Part shown: positions 8,890 to 18,446 of the stretch, piece by piece
Layout: each line of letters begins with the position of its first letter
Position numbering within the stretch: the first letter of the stretch is position 1
Assembly: GCA_944385755.1 (NCBI GenBank)
Contig: CALWYN010000005.1
Span: 1 to 48,201 of the forward strand
Length of the DNA: 48,201 nt
Reading direction: 5' to 3'
From: an uncultured Oscillospiraceae bacterium
GTDB lineage: Bacteria > Bacillota > Clostridia > Oscillospirales > Oscillospiraceae
Notes under the pieces: generated by a model
What the model saw: only the letters and a program-made list of their open reading frames with translations
Database searches by the model: none
Told to the model about the DNA's origin: nothing
Translations under genes and position numbers: made by a program

Positions 8890-9543
8890 CTAGTCCAGTT
8901 TTGCGTCCAGCAGCTTGTATCCGGCAAAGGCCGACACGGGCAGCATGGCGAACAGAGCCACGTGGAGCTCAAAGAGTGGCTGCCGGATAAAGACATATAC
9001 ACACATGATAACCAGTATGACGGCAAAGAGCGCGGCGAAGGTTTTCCAGCTGTTCAGCGCCTCATGATTGAAGCTTTTTTGGGAGATATAGGCGAGGATT
9101 GCCAGGGAGGCCGCTATTATCATGGCAAAACTGGCCACATCTCCTACGGTGATGGTTACATTTGGCCAGCCGTCATTGGCCAGCAGGCCCGACAGGGCGG
9201 AAGAAACCGCTTTTATGGCGAGCAAAACGCTGGCGCAGAGCAAAAAAGTGCGCAGTCCAGATAGAAAAACACTGGAGGCCGTCCGCCCGGGAAACTCCGA
9301 AATTATGCTGTCACAAAACCCGCGGTAGTCCCCGCCTATGATTTCAGCGGCGCTCTCGCCGCGCCCCTCGCTGTCTATCAGCATCTGCGTTATATCCCTG
9401 CGGACAAGTTCCAGCTCGTATTCGCCGAGACGGGACGAACTCATATATACCACCATATCAGTCAGCACTGCCTTTGACGCCGGACTGAGCGAGGCCTCGA
9501 GGGCATTGTTTTCCGCGCGCAGTTGCTGGGTTCTTTTGCTCAT
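8890..9543 (-). CDS. DUF1129-family membrane protein
   Basis: N-terminal soluble helix bundle (LTDMVVYM...ELVRRDITQMLIDSE) followed by several TMs. Translationally coupled to the upstream PadR gene, a common pairing. Confidence 0.75.
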   Translation of the reverse strand: MSKRTQQLRAENNALEASLSPASKAVLTDMVVYMSSSRLGEYELELVRRDITQMLIDSEGRGESAAEIIGGDYRGFCDSIISEFPGRTASSVFLSGLRTFLLCASVLLAIKAVSSALSGLLANDGWPNVTITVGDVASFAMIIAASLAILAYISQKSFNHEALNSWKTFAALFAVILVIMCVYVFIRQPLFELHVALFAMLPVSAFAGYKLLDAKLD

Positions 9544-9893
9544 TTTTCTGCCTCCATTTCACTGAAAAGTCTGTCCACCGCGGAGGAGAGCTCCCTGTAG
9601 CCGGAGATAAAACTTTCAAGTTCTGCGGCCCCCTGCGGGGTGATGGAATAGTACTTCCTCGGGGGCCCGGAGCCGGATTGACGGTAGGCCGGAATGATGC
9701 GGGAATTCTTTTCAAGCCGCAGCAGAAGGGGATAGATGGTGCCCTCGGAGATGCTGCCAAAGCCGTATTCACTTAGTTTTTGGGAGATCTCGTATCCATA
9801 TGACTCCTTTTGGGAAATCACGGCCAGAATACAGCCCTCAAGTATGCCTTTCAGCATTTGGGAGGTAATCAAGATATCACCTCTATTTTGCAT
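9540..9893 (-). CDS. PadR-family transcriptional regulator
   Basis: LKGILEGCILAVISQKESYGYEISQKL...GTIYPLLLRLEKN, the classical PadR winged helix. Confidence 0.9.
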   Translation of the reverse strand: MQNRGDILITSQMLKGILEGCILAVISQKESYGYEISQKLSEYGFGSISEGTIYPLLLRLEKNSRIIPAYRQSGSGPPRKYYSITPQGAAELESFISGYRELSSAVDRLFSEMEAEK

Positions 9894-9910
9894 TGCAATA
9901 TAGTAAGTAC

Positions 9911-9939
9911 ATTGTAATACAAGATATTCTGCCTGTCAA
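9911..9939 (-). promoter_or_regulatory. sigma-A-type promoter of the padR operon (TTGACA-17 nt-TACAAT on the minus strand)
   Basis: Plus-strand tgtcaa at 9934-9939 and attgta at 9911-9916. The repeats CATTGCAATA (9891-9900) and CATTGTAATA (9910-9919) nearby could be the operator. Confidence 0.5.
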
Positions 9940-9942
9940 GAG

Positions 9943-10030
9943 AAACCGCTCTGAAATTTCAGAGCGGTTTTATCACAGGTGATGAATGAGACAGGTAAAT
10001 AGAAAAGGGCCCCCGTCGGGGGCCCTTTTC
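9943..10030 (-). terminator. tandem hairpin terminators downstream of rubrerythrin
   Basis: GAAAAGGGCCCCC/GGGGGCCCTTTTC stem at 10002-10030. AAACCGCTCTGA/TCAGAGCGGTTT stem at 9943-9970. Confidence 0.65.
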
Positions 10031-10044
10031 TTATTGGGCGAAAA

Positions 10045-10584
10045 TCAGTAGTTTTTGCAGCGGAGTTCGAAGAAGGCCTGGGGATGGGCGCACACCGGGC
10101 ACACGGCGGGGGCGCTGGGGCCGACGTGGACGTGTCCGCAGTTGCGGCAAATCCAAACCTGCTCGCCTACGCGGCTGAATACCTGAGCCTGCTCGATGTT
10201 CTTCAGCAGCGCCAGATAACGCTCCTCATGCTCCTTCTCGATGGCGGCGACACCGCGCCTCTGGGCGGCTATCTTGGTGAAGCCCTCCTCTTCGGCCGTC
10301 TTGGCAAAGCCGGCGTACATTTCGGTCCACTCGTAGTTCTCACCCTCGGCGGCGAGCTTCAGGTTCTCGGTGGTGGGGCCGATCTTGCCGTCGTGCATGG
10401 CCTTGTACCAGAGCTTGGCATGCTCTTTCTCATTGGCAGAGGTCTCGGCGAAGAAAGCGGCTATCTGCTCGTAGCCGTCCTTCTTTGCCTGGGAGGCGTA
10501 GAATTCATACTTGACGCGCGCCTGCGACTCCCCGGCAAAAGCGGTCTGAAGATTCTCAAAAGTCTTGCTGTCTTTAAGTTCCAT
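10045..10584 (-). CDS. rbr: rubrerythrin
   Basis: N-terminal diiron four-helix bundle (ExxH motifs, [19 protein letters not shown]) and C-terminal rubredoxin CxxC...CxxC (CRNCG...CPVC). Confidence 0.95.
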   Translation of the reverse strand: MELKDSKTFENLQTAFAGESQARVKYEFYASQAKKDGYEQIAAFFAETSANEKEHAKLWYKAMHDGKIGPTTENLKLAAEGENYEWTEMYAGFAKTAEEEGFTKIAAQRRGVAAIEKEHEERYLALLKNIEQAQVFSRVGEQVWICRNCGHVHVGPSAPAVCPVCAHPQAFFELRCKNY

Positions 10585-10733
10585 GGTTATCCTCCTGTGA
10601 GTTATTTGAAGCGTATCTATATACTATACTAAAAAAGAAAAAATGCAACATATTTTTTCGCATGTGTGCAGATAATATCCCTGCGCCGGGCTATTGGCCC
10701 GGAGTGAAAGAAAAAGACCGCGGAGGAGATAGA

Positions 10734-10940
10734 ATGAAAAAGACTGCTGCATTTATACTGTGTGCGGCGCTGCTTGCAACAGCAATAACCGCCTGCGGCC
10801 GCGAGGAGGATGGCATAGTGACTGACAGCCCGACTCCCACTCACACGGCCGAAGAGGATATTATCGATCCAATAGAGAGCATGCTCCCATCGGAGCTGCC
10901 GTCTATGAATCCCTCTCCCAGCGCCTCGCCCAAAGCGTGA
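10734..10940 (+). CDS. small secreted lipoprotein with a Pro/Ser/Thr/Glu-rich mature part
   Basis: MKKTAAFILCAALLATAITAC lipobox signal peptide. GGAGGAG RBS at 10722-10728. The track start 10662 has no RBS. Confidence 0.55.
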   Translation: MKKTAAFILCAALLATAITACGREEDGIVTDSPTPTHTAEEDIIDPIESMLPSELPSMNPSPSASPKA

Positions 10941-10941
10941 A

Positions 10942-10975
10942 AAAAGCTCCTTTTCCGTTTGGAAAAGGAGCTTTT
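10942..10975. terminator. bidirectional terminator between the lipoprotein gene and pfp
   Basis: AAAAGCTCCTTTTCC-gttt-GGAAAAGGAGCTTTT. Confidence 0.7.
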
Positions 10976-10979
10976 ATAA

Positions 10980-12221
10980 TTATTTGGCCAGAACTTTTTT
11001 CAGGCGGGCGTAGCGGGGGAGGGAGTTCTCGGTGGGGCGGACCGGCTCGCCCTGGATGAGGGGGAGGGCGTAGTCGATGAAGTCCTGTGTCACCCCGGTC
11101 CCATCCTCGGTTATCCACTCGAGCGGCACTTTCTTTTCAAAGTTGGCGACGCTGGTGAGGGGAACGAGAGTGGGTACACAGACATATTTGCTGTCCTCGT
11201 ACTCGCGCCTGAAGGCGACCATCTTGCCGGTCTCCCCGGCGACGGCGGATTCGACGGCCACTTTGCCGGCCAGGAAGGCCTCTTCCACGTCAGTCTCGGA
11301 GGCCGTGTGGGCGGCGCAACGCTGCAGCAGGCTGAGCTCTATGCCGCGGACCTTTGCACCGGTGCGCTCTTTGATGACAGAGGCGAGCATGGAGGCCAGG
11401 CCGCCGAGCTGAGCGTGACCGAAACCGTCGGTCGCGCTGGTCTTGGCCTCGGAGACAAAGCTACCGTCGGCATAGTGTATTCCCTCGGAGACGGCGACAA
11501 TGCAGTTGCCCTTTTCCTTATATATGCGCCCGGCGCGGTCTATAAAGTCGTCCATGTCAAAGTCGGTCTCGGGAAGATATATCAGGTCAGGGCCGCAGCC
11601 GACCAGAGAGGCGAGGGCGGAGCTGGCGGCGAGCCAGCCGGCGTGACGGCCCATAATCTCTATAATGACTATCATACCGGTGTCGTAGACGTGGGCATCT
11701 TTATATACCTCCGCGCAGGCGGTGGCGATATATTTCGCGGCACTGCCGAAGCCGGGGCAGTGGTCGGTGTTGTACAGGTCGTTGTCGATAGTCTTGGGCA
11801 CGCCTATGACACGGCAGTCGTAGCCGCTCTTTTCCATGAAGCGGCTCACCTTGTCACAGGTGTCCATAGAGTCGTTCCCGCCGTTGTAGAAGAAGTAGCG
11901 GACATCGTGCTTCTTGAATATCTCCAGTATGCGCCTGTAATCGGTGTCGTCCTTGTCCGGGTCGGTCATCTTGTAGCGGCAGGAGCCCAGCTCGGAGGAA
12001 GGAGTATTCATGAGCAGGGAGAGCTCGTAGGCATCCTCCTCGCCCATATCATAAAGCTTGTCCTCAAGCACTCCCTTGATGCCGTGGGCGGCGCCGTAGA
12101 CCTTGGTGATGCTGCCGTTGTCAAGCGCGGTGCGGATTACGCCGTAAGCACTGGCGTTGATAACGGAAGTAGGCCCGCCGGACTGGCCGATAATGCAGGC
12201 ACCCTGAAGTGTTTTTTCCAT
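10980..12221 (-). CDS. pfp: pyrophosphate-dependent 6-phosphofructokinase (diphosphate-fructose-6-phosphate 1-phosphotransferase)
   Basis: PFK fold (GGPTSVINAS, MGRHAGWLA). It has GGNDS where ATP-PFKs have GGDGS, and PKTIDND where they have PGTIDND; Asp and Lys at these two positions are the established PPi-specificity markers. ATG 12221 follows GGGGG. Confidence 0.88.
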   Translation of the reverse strand: MEKTLQGACIIGQSGGPTSVINASAYGVIRTALDNGSITKVYGAAHGIKGVLEDKLYDMGEEDAYELSLLMNTPSSELGSCRYKMTDPDKDDTDYRRILEIFKKHDVRYFFYNGGNDSMDTCDKVSRFMEKSGYDCRVIGVPKTIDNDLYNTDHCPGFGSAAKYIATACAEVYKDAHVYDTGMIVIIEIMGRHAGWLAASSALASLVGCGPDLIYLPETDFDMDDFIDRAGRIYKEKGNCIVAVSEGIHYADGSFVSEAKTSATDGFGHAQLGGLASMLASVIKERTGAKVRGIELSLLQRCAAHTASETDVEEAFLAGKVAVESAVAGETGKMVAFRREYEDSKYVCVPTLVPLTSVANFEKKVPLEWITEDGTGVTQDFIDYALPLIQGEPVRPTENSLPRYARLKKVLAK

Positions 12222-12252
12222 CTTAAAAACCCCCAAAATCTAAAAGGTGATA

Positions 12253-12281
12253 TTGATTATATCACATGTTTGAGATATAAT
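12253..12281 (+). promoter_or_regulatory. sigma-A-type promoter of fba (TTGATT-17 nt-TATAAT), overlapped by a 7-5-7 palindrome
   Basis: TTGATT at 12253-12258 and TATAAT at 12276-12281. The palindrome GTGATAT-tgatt-ATATCAC lies at 12247-12265. Confidence 0.45.
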
Positions 12282-12326
12282 AAATAAGCAAACAAAAAAT
12301 TTATCCGCAAAAGGAGACAATTTGCA

Positions 12327-13262
12327 ATGAGCCTTGTTACTTCCAAGGAAATGTTCAAAAAGGCCTATGAAGGCGGCTACGCCATAGGCGCGTTCAACGT
12401 CAACAATATGGAGATTGTCCAGGGCATCACCGAGGCAGCCGCCGAGCTGAAGGCCCCTCTGATTCTGCAGGTTTCCAAGGGCGCGAGGGCGTATGCAAAC
12501 CACACCTATCTGATGAAGCTCGTTGAGGCGGCCGTCATTGAGACCGGCCTGCCCATCTGCCTGCACCTCGACCACGGCGACAGCTTTGAGCTGTGCAAGA
12601 GCTGCATAGACGGCGGCTTCACCTCCGTTATGATAGACGCCAGCAGCAAGCCTTTTGAGGAGAATGTGGCCATAACCCGCCAGGTCGTCGAGTACGCCCA
12701 TGACCACGGCGTCGTCGTCGAGGCCGAGCTCGGCACTCTCGCCGGCATAGAGGATGAGGTCAAGGTCGAGGAGGGACATGCCTCCTATACCCGCCCCGAG
12801 GAGGTTCAGGAGTTCGTCGAGCGCACCGGCTGCGACTCCCTGGCCATCGCCATCGGCACCAGCCACGGCGCTTACAAGTTCAAGCCCGGCACGAAGCCCC
12901 AGCTCCGTTTCGACGTGCTCGAGGCCGTGGAGAAGAACCTCCCCGGTTTCCCCATAGTCCTGCACGGCGCCTCCAGCGTGCCGCAGAACTTTGTTGAGGA
13001 GATCAACAAGTATGGCGGCAACATGCCCGGCGCCATAGGCGTCCCCGAGGATCAGCTGCGCCAGGCCGCCAAGAGCGCGGTGTGCAAGATTAACATCGAC
13101 TCCGACCTGCGTCTGGCCATGACCGCCAGCATACGCAAGTATTTTGCCGAGCATCCGGCGGATTTTGACCCCAGGCAGTACCTCAAGCCCGCCCGCGAGG
13201 CCATAAAGCAGATGGTCATGCACAAAATAGTGGACGTTCTCGGCTGCGACGGCAAGGCCTGA
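12327..13262 (+). CDS. fba: class II fructose-1,6-bisphosphate aldolase
   Basis: GYAIGAFNVNNME, HLDHG, GTSHGAYKF and the VLHGASSVP-type pattern. Confidence 0.95.
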   Translation: MSLVTSKEMFKKAYEGGYAIGAFNVNNMEIVQGITEAAAELKAPLILQVSKGARAYANHTYLMKLVEAAVIETGLPICLHLDHGDSFELCKSCIDGGFTSVMIDASSKPFEENVAITRQVVEYAHDHGVVVEAELGTLAGIEDEVKVEEGHASYTRPEEVQEFVERTGCDSLAIAIGTSHGAYKFKPGTKPQLRFDVLEAVEKNLPGFPIVLHGASSVPQNFVEEINKYGGNMPGAIGVPEDQLRQAAKSAVCKINIDSDLRLAMTASIRKYFAEHPADFDPRQYLKPAREAIKQMVMHKIVDVLGCDGKA

Positions 13263-13309
13263 GCCGCTTGCCAGGGCGTCAGCATTCTCAAATACAAAGG
13301 AGGGGTCCG

Positions 13310-15250
13310 ATGAACTTCAGAGAGATCCTTGAAAGGCTGACCGGAGGCCGGAGCGCATGGCCGGATGGCACCGACGCAGGCCCCGGCAACTACGGCTTCG
13401 ATATCGCTCTCGTCATAAGGCTCATCGTTTCCTGCCTTATGTTTTCCGCTGCGCTCCTCCTGCGGAGCATACCGGCGCCATGGCCCACTGTTCTCCTGAT
13501 TGCAGGCAGCCTTATCGCGGGATATGACATAATAGCAGGGGCAATACTTGCCGTTCTCAACGGCAAATTCCTGGATAAGACCGTGCTTATATTGCTCAGC
13601 GCAGTCATCGCATTTCTCTTCGGCGCCATGGTCGAGGGGGCGGCGCTGATTCTGCTCTTCCAGCTTGGCGGCATATTTATCGCCTATGCCGTGGGGAGGA
13701 CGCGAATGTCCGCGCTGGACGCGGTGTTCTGCGAAAATGAATACGCCACCGTGCTCCGCGACGGCGGGGAGGATCGCATCCCCTCCGCTGATGTCGAGCA
13801 GGGGGACCGCATAAGGATACGCGCCGGTGAGCGCATCCACTGCGACTGCGTGGTTGTAGAGGGTACATCGAGTATTGACCTCTCGGCGATGGGCGACACT
13901 TCGGGCGAGATCCTCGCCGGGGAAGGGGACGAGCTCCTCTCCGGAGGCATGAACCTGGGAGGAGAGCTTATCTGTGAGGTGACCAGTCCCAGCAAGGACT
14001 CCACCGCCGCAGTTTTCTACAAAAATGTGGAGAAAGCCTCCGCTTCCGGAAAGGTGCTGCCGGCTGTGCTCGAGCGCCTGATGGGATATTTCACACCGGT
14101 GGTCTGCGTCATAGCGGTGCTGATAGCCGCGCTGCTTCCTCTGGCAATGCAGGTGAGCGTGGCTGAGGCCGTCAGGCGCGCCGCAGTGTTTTTGATAATT
14201 GCAAACCCCTGCGCACTTGCAATCGCTGCGCCGCTTATACGGCTCTGCTCGGTGGCCGGGGCCGCAAGGAGCGGGATATTCTATGGAGACTGCACGGCGC
14301 TGGACACGCTTTCAGAGGCAGGTGCCGTGGCCTTTTCCAAGCCCGGAACACTCACGGACGGCAATCCCAAAGTCGTATCTGTAAAATCTGAACGGATGGG
14401 GCCCGACGTGCTCATAAAGATAGCGGCGCATGCCATGGCCTATTCCAATACAACTCAGGCCCGCTCCATAATTGCCGCCTATGGCGGTACGATATACATA
14501 GATCTCGTCCAGAATTTCGTCGAGATACCCGGCGGCGGGGTCGAGGTTACGGTAGACGGCATAAGAATCTGCGTGGGTGCGCGCGACCTTATGACGGTCA
14601 AACATGTGTCCGTACCGGACGCGGATTTGACTGAGGAATATGCGGTTTACGTCTCCATTGGGGACGAGTACGCCGGACGCATCGTGCTCAGCGACGCCGT
14701 CCGCCCGGACGCGGCTTCCGGGGTCTCGGACCTGGCCCGCTGCGGTGTCGGCAAGGTAGTGATGTTTACCGATGAGAGCCGCGACAGCGCGGCCCGGGCC
14801 GCCGCATCTCTGGGAATAGTGGAATACTATTCCGAGCACGGAGTTAAACGCACGCGCGAGGCCATTGGCGAGGTGAAGCGTGGCTGCGCCGCCGGAGAGA
14901 AACTGATATTTGTGGGCAGCTCTGAGTGCTTCAACGGCACGCATACGGACGCCGACGCCGACGTGGCAATGGCGGGGCTGGATTCGCTCACAATGCCGCT
15001 TGGCACCGACGTGACAATAGTTGGCGGCCTGGTGGACAGGCTGCCTCTGGCCATCGCCATAGCGAAGTATTCCGGAAAGCTCATCCTCACCTGCGCGGCG
15101 GCAGTGATGCTCGTAAAGCTGCTGCTGCTAGTACTCGGATTTTTGGGTATAGCCACCATGTGGTTCGCGGTATTTATAGACGCCTGCGCCGCTGTCGGCG
15201 TCTCGCTCGCATCCATACTGGCCTTCACGGGAGAGAGCTACAGCAAGTGA
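13310..15250 (+). CDS. P1B-type (heavy-metal) ATPase homologue with degenerate catalytic motifs
   Basis: Collinear with CadA/ZntA-type pumps, but SKPGT replaces DKTGT (14336-14350), NPC replaces CPC (14204-14212), T-S-G-E replaces TGES (13898-13909) and GSSECF replaces GDGIND (about 14915-14932). No N-terminal CxxC metal-binding domain. AAAGGAGGGG RBS before ATG 13310. Confidence 0.85.
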   Translation: MNFREILERLTGGRSAWPDGTDAGPGNYGFDIALVIRLIVSCLMFSAALLLRSIPAPWPTVLLIAGSLIAGYDIIAGAILAVLNGKFLDKTVLILLSAVIAFLFGAMVEGAALILLFQLGGIFIAYAVGRTRMSALDAVFCENEYATVLRDGGEDRIPSADVEQGDRIRIRAGERIHCDCVVVEGTSSIDLSAMGDTSGEILAGEGDELLSGGMNLGGELICEVTSPSKDSTAAVFYKNVEKASASGKVLPAVLERLMGYFTPVVCVIAVLIAALLPLAMQVSVAEAVRRAAVFLIIANPCALAIAAPLIRLCSVAGAARSGIFYGDCTALDTLSEAGAVAFSKPGTLTDGNPKVVSVKSERMGPDVLIKIAAHAMAYSNTTQARSIIAAYGGTIYIDLVQNFVEIPGGGVEVTVDGIRICVGARDLMTVKHVSVPDADLTEEYAVYVSIGDEYAGRIVLSDAVRPDAASGVSDLARCGVGKVVMFTDESRDSAARAAASLGIVEYYSEHGVKRTREAIGEVKRGCAAGEKLIFVGSSECFNGTHTDADADVAMAGLDSLTMPLGTDVTIVGGLVDRLPLAIAIAKYSGKLILTCAAAVMLVKLLLLVLGFLGIATMWFAVFIDACAAVGVSLASILAFTGESYSK

Positions 15251-15260
15251 CCAAGGCAAT

Positions 15261-15295
15261 AAAAACTCCTCCGTATTTATTACGGAGGAGTTTTT
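15261..15295. terminator. bidirectional terminator
   Basis: AAAAACTCCTCCGTA-tttat-TACGGAGGAGTTTTT. Confidence 0.75.
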
Positions 15296-15296
15296 G

Positions 15297-15881
15297 TCAT
15301 GTTTTGGCGTACACGCACATGGATACTCCGGAATCCCGGATAAGTATGTCGCGCGGGAGGCGCATAAAGCGCAGCGTCACATATATGTCGCCTGCCGCGC
15401 CGGACACATTGCATATCTGCACAATATATATCACCCAGAAGGCCGCGCCGGATGGAAAGACGGCGTTCAGGACCAGAAGCACGGCGCCGAGGAGCAGTAT
15501 TGGCGCCAGTGCTATGACGATATACGGCCCGCGTGCAAAATAGCTGCCGCAGCCGGCGTAGGCGTACAGGCCGGTGAAGCCGTACTTCACCTTGCCGGAC
15601 CCAAAGAGCTTCATGCAGATGCCGTGCACAAGCTCATGCAGCAGGATATAGAGGAAGAGGGCGCCGCAGGCAACAAAAGCAAGCCAGAAGTTTTCAGTGA
15701 GCTGGTCCCATAATGCCCGGCCGGGGGGAACTATCGCAAATCCGAGCAGGACCATCGCAACGGCAAGCAGCAGCCCAAGGCCGTTTACCAGCAGGGCGAG
15801 TTTTTTGTCCTTTTGCAGGTCAATTGTGAAGAGCTCCGAGTAGCCCGCGGGCAGCTCATCATAGCATCGCGCCATATGCAT
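15297..15881 (-). CDS. DUF3267-like membrane protein (putative zincin, HELVH motif)
   Basis: Polytopic protein with LLHELVHGICMKLFG (HExxH) in a TM-proximal position. ATG 15881 lies one nt after the stop of the upstream DHHW gene. The longer track ORF to 16016 overlaps that gene. Confidence 0.7.
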   Translation of the reverse strand: MHMARCYDELPAGYSELFTIDLQKDKKLALLVNGLGLLLAVAMVLLGFAIVPPGRALWDQLTENFWLAFVACGALFLYILLHELVHGICMKLFGSGKVKYGFTGLYAYAGCGSYFARGPYIVIALAPILLLGAVLLVLNAVFPSGAAFWVIYIVQICNVSGAAGDIYVTLRFMRLPRDILIRDSGVSMCVYAKT

Positions 15882-15882
15882 C

Positions 15883-17013
15883 TCATCTCCCCAGCAGGAA
15901 TATATTCGTATCAGTAGAGAAGTTGGCCATGCTGTAACACACCAGCACGTCGTCAAAGTTGTTTTCAGATATATAATCCGTGAGGCTGGCGCGGTAGTAG
16001 CGCAGGTCAAGGACATGTATCTCCGAATAGTCCTCGAGCAGGAAGGGAATAAGGCAGTCCGTATATGAGTCGCGGATTATGAGCAGGGAGGGGCCGTCGT
16101 TACCGGTAGTAATCTGATGCAGGGGGCATACGCCGCCCATGAACATGGAGTACTTGTCCTTGACGTCCAGGTAGCTCTCGTCATAGAGCCGGCCCTCTAC
16201 GGGGCTGCCTTGGGGATAGCTCGTAATTTGGAGGCCCTCCGGCTCGTTGACGAATATCTCAATGCTGTCCGGCTCCACCCATGCGAAGCCGCTGGAGGAC
16301 CATGTGGTTCCGTAGAAACTGTCGGAAACTGTACGGCGGTCAGAGTAGCTCTCCAGCGCGGGAACTTCAAGGTCCATTGCCTCGCACAGCGCCGCGTATC
16401 CGTAATAGGCGCCAAGGCTGGTCCAGTGGTGGTCGGTGCGGTAATAGATATACTCGTCCGCGTGTTCGCGCAGAGCTCCCAGCATGTCGACGTTTACGGC
16501 GTCGGAGAGGCCGTAACAGTACTCTATCAGTTCGGCCTCGCTGTCATTGGGAGTGAGCTCGGGAAGGCGGTCGGACCAGATCTCGCTCTTGCCGGGGATG
16601 AGAGCGAAAAATACATTGACATCCGGGTTGTTGGATACCAGAGCGTTGACATAGCTCATATTTGCGGCCATTGACTCCCGGCTGGGGGCGTCGAAGCCCT
16701 CTATCAGCGTCTGTTCTCTGCCGTAGGAGACGCCGTTGTTCTCCATTTTACCCAGCGAGAGCTCGGCGGCCGCCTTGAGCGTTATCCACTCGTCGCGGAA
16801 AATAAACTGGTCGGAGGTGTAGTCCTCAAACTCCGTGGTGAACTCTTTATCCCTGCTGAACAGACGCTCCCAGGTAAACTCAGGCAGGGTCTGAAGAGTG
16901 CGGTTCTCCTGTTCGGAAAACGTGCGGTCAGGGGCAATAAGGTTTGCCAGGAAAAAGCCGCCGATAAACACGAGGAATATCAGGACCTCCGCCAGCATAG
17001 CTTTTTTGGTCAT
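15883..17013 (-). CDS. DHHW-family protein (AlgJ/AlgX-like SGNH-type acyl-transfer partner)
   Basis: N-terminal TM anchor and the family-defining YYRTDHHWTSLGAYYGY motif. Lies immediately downstream of the MBOAT gene. Confidence 0.85.
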   Translation of the reverse strand: MTKKAMLAEVLIFLVFIGGFFLANLIAPDRTFSEQENRTLQTLPEFTWERLFSRDKEFTTEFEDYTSDQFIFRDEWITLKAAAELSLGKMENNGVSYGREQTLIEGFDAPSRESMAANMSYVNALVSNNPDVNVFFALIPGKSEIWSDRLPELTPNDSEAELIEYCYGLSDAVNVDMLGALREHADEYIYYRTDHHWTSLGAYYGYAALCEAMDLEVPALESYSDRRTVSDSFYGTTWSSSGFAWVEPDSIEIFVNEPEGLQITSYPQGSPVEGRLYDESYLDVKDKYSMFMGGVCPLHQITTGNDGPSLLIIRDSYTDCLIPFLLEDYSEIHVLDLRYYRASLTDYISENNFDDVLVCYSMANFSTDTNIFLLGR

Positions 17014-17025
17014 GCATATCCCTCC

Positions 17026-18420
17026 TCAGAAGTTGAAATACAGGAAGGGGTTGTACGAGGCGTCAACGAGATACGCCGTGGAGATGATAAGCGCCAGCAA
17101 TATGATGGCCGGCGCGGCCACCCGGATAAAGCCCTTCGGAAGCTTGTGCCACAGCCTGGCGCCCACGGGCGTGCAGGCGAAGCAGGCGATTATTATTGTG
17201 ACCCCGTAGGTGAGGAGATAGTAGACGTCCTCGCTCCTCACAAAACCGTTCGCACCGAAGCCGAGCATGGCGCTGGTGTATTGGCCGGCGAGGCCGATGT
17301 CGTTGAGCTGGAAAAGCGGCCAGACCAGCACGACAATCAGCAGGGTATAGACATGTCCCCAGACCTTGGACTTCTCCAGATACTTGAGCAGGAAAGTCTT
17401 TTCCAGCAGGAGCCAGAAGGCATAGTAGAGGCCCCATATCAGGAAAGTCCAGTTGGCGCCGTGCCAGATGCCGGTGGCGGCCCAGACGACAGTGATATTG
17501 AAGATTTGCCTCGCCTTGCTGCAGCGGTTGCCGCCCAGCGGGATGTAGACATAGTCGCGGAACCAGGTGCCGAGCGACATGTGCCAGCGGCGCCAGAACT
17601 CCGTGATGCTCTTGGAGATATAGGGGTAGTTGAAGTTCTCCAGGAACTCGAAGCCTATCATTCGTCCGAGACCGATCGCCATGTCGGAATAGCCCGCGAA
17701 GTCAAAGTATATCTGCAGCGAGAAGGCGATTGCCCCCAGCCAGCTGCCGACAAAGGTCAGATCTCCGCAGCTGGCCGCATATACATCCCACAGAGCGCCT
17801 ATGTTGTTCGCGATAAGGACTTTCTTGCCAATTCCTATCATGAACCGCTCCACGCCGGAGGCAAACTGGTCCACGCTGTTGGCGCGGAAGTCGAGCTGGT
17901 CGGCAACGTCCTTGTATCGCACGATTGGGCCGGCTATGAGCTGTGGGAAGAGCGCCACGAAAGTGCCGAAGCTGATATAGTTCTTCTGGACATGGGAGTC
18001 CCCGCGGTAGACGTCGATGGGGTAGCTCATGGTCTGGAAGGTGTAGAACGATATGCCTATGGGCAGTGTGACGTTCAAATCCGGCAGGTTGATAAATGGG
18101 ATGAGATTGAGCGTCTCGGCTATCAGGTTATAATACTTGAAGAAGCCGAGGAGAGACAGGTTGAGCACGACGTTGATGACCAGAACTGTCTTTGCCCTCT
18201 TGTCATCCACGCCGCGCCATTTGCCTATGAGTATGCCGTTTATATAATTGATGGTTATTGACACCAGCATCAACAGGATATATACGGGCTCACCCCAGCC
18301 ATAGAATATCATGTTGACGACAAAGAGTATGGGGTTCCTCCACTTGACCGGGGAGATGTAGTACAGAAACAGCACCACGGGCAGGTAGATGAACATGAAC
18401 AGTATGCTGGAAAAGACCAT
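17026..18420 (-). CDS. MBOAT-family membrane O-acyltransferase (AlgI/DltB/PatA-like)
   Basis: 464-aa polytopic protein with ISFYTFQ, FWRRWHMSLGTWFRDYVYIPLGGNR and the conserved-His region (GIWHGANW). Confidence 0.95.
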   Translation of the reverse strand: MVFSSILFMFIYLPVVLFLYYISPVKWRNPILFVVNMIFYGWGEPVYILLMLVSITINYINGILIGKWRGVDDKRAKTVLVINVVLNLSLLGFFKYYNLIAETLNLIPFINLPDLNVTLPIGISFYTFQTMSYPIDVYRGDSHVQKNYISFGTFVALFPQLIAGPIVRYKDVADQLDFRANSVDQFASGVERFMIGIGKKVLIANNIGALWDVYAASCGDLTFVGSWLGAIAFSLQIYFDFAGYSDMAIGLGRMIGFEFLENFNYPYISKSITEFWRRWHMSLGTWFRDYVYIPLGGNRCSKARQIFNITVVWAATGIWHGANWTFLIWGLYYAFWLLLEKTFLLKYLEKSKVWGHVYTLLIVVLVWPLFQLNDIGLAGQYTSAMLGFGANGFVRSEDVYYLLTYGVTIIIACFACTPVGARLWHKLPKGFIRVAAPAIILLALIISTAYLVDASYNPFLYFNF

Positions 18421-18446
18421 TAAGGGCTTCCTCCGGGTTTAAGTAT

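Noticed and set aside
15882-16016. N-terminal extension of the DUF3267-like ORF, overlapping the 3' end of the DHHW gene.
   Set aside because: The overlap would be 134 nt out of frame. ATG 15881 sits right after the DHHW stop, and the protein family begins near there.
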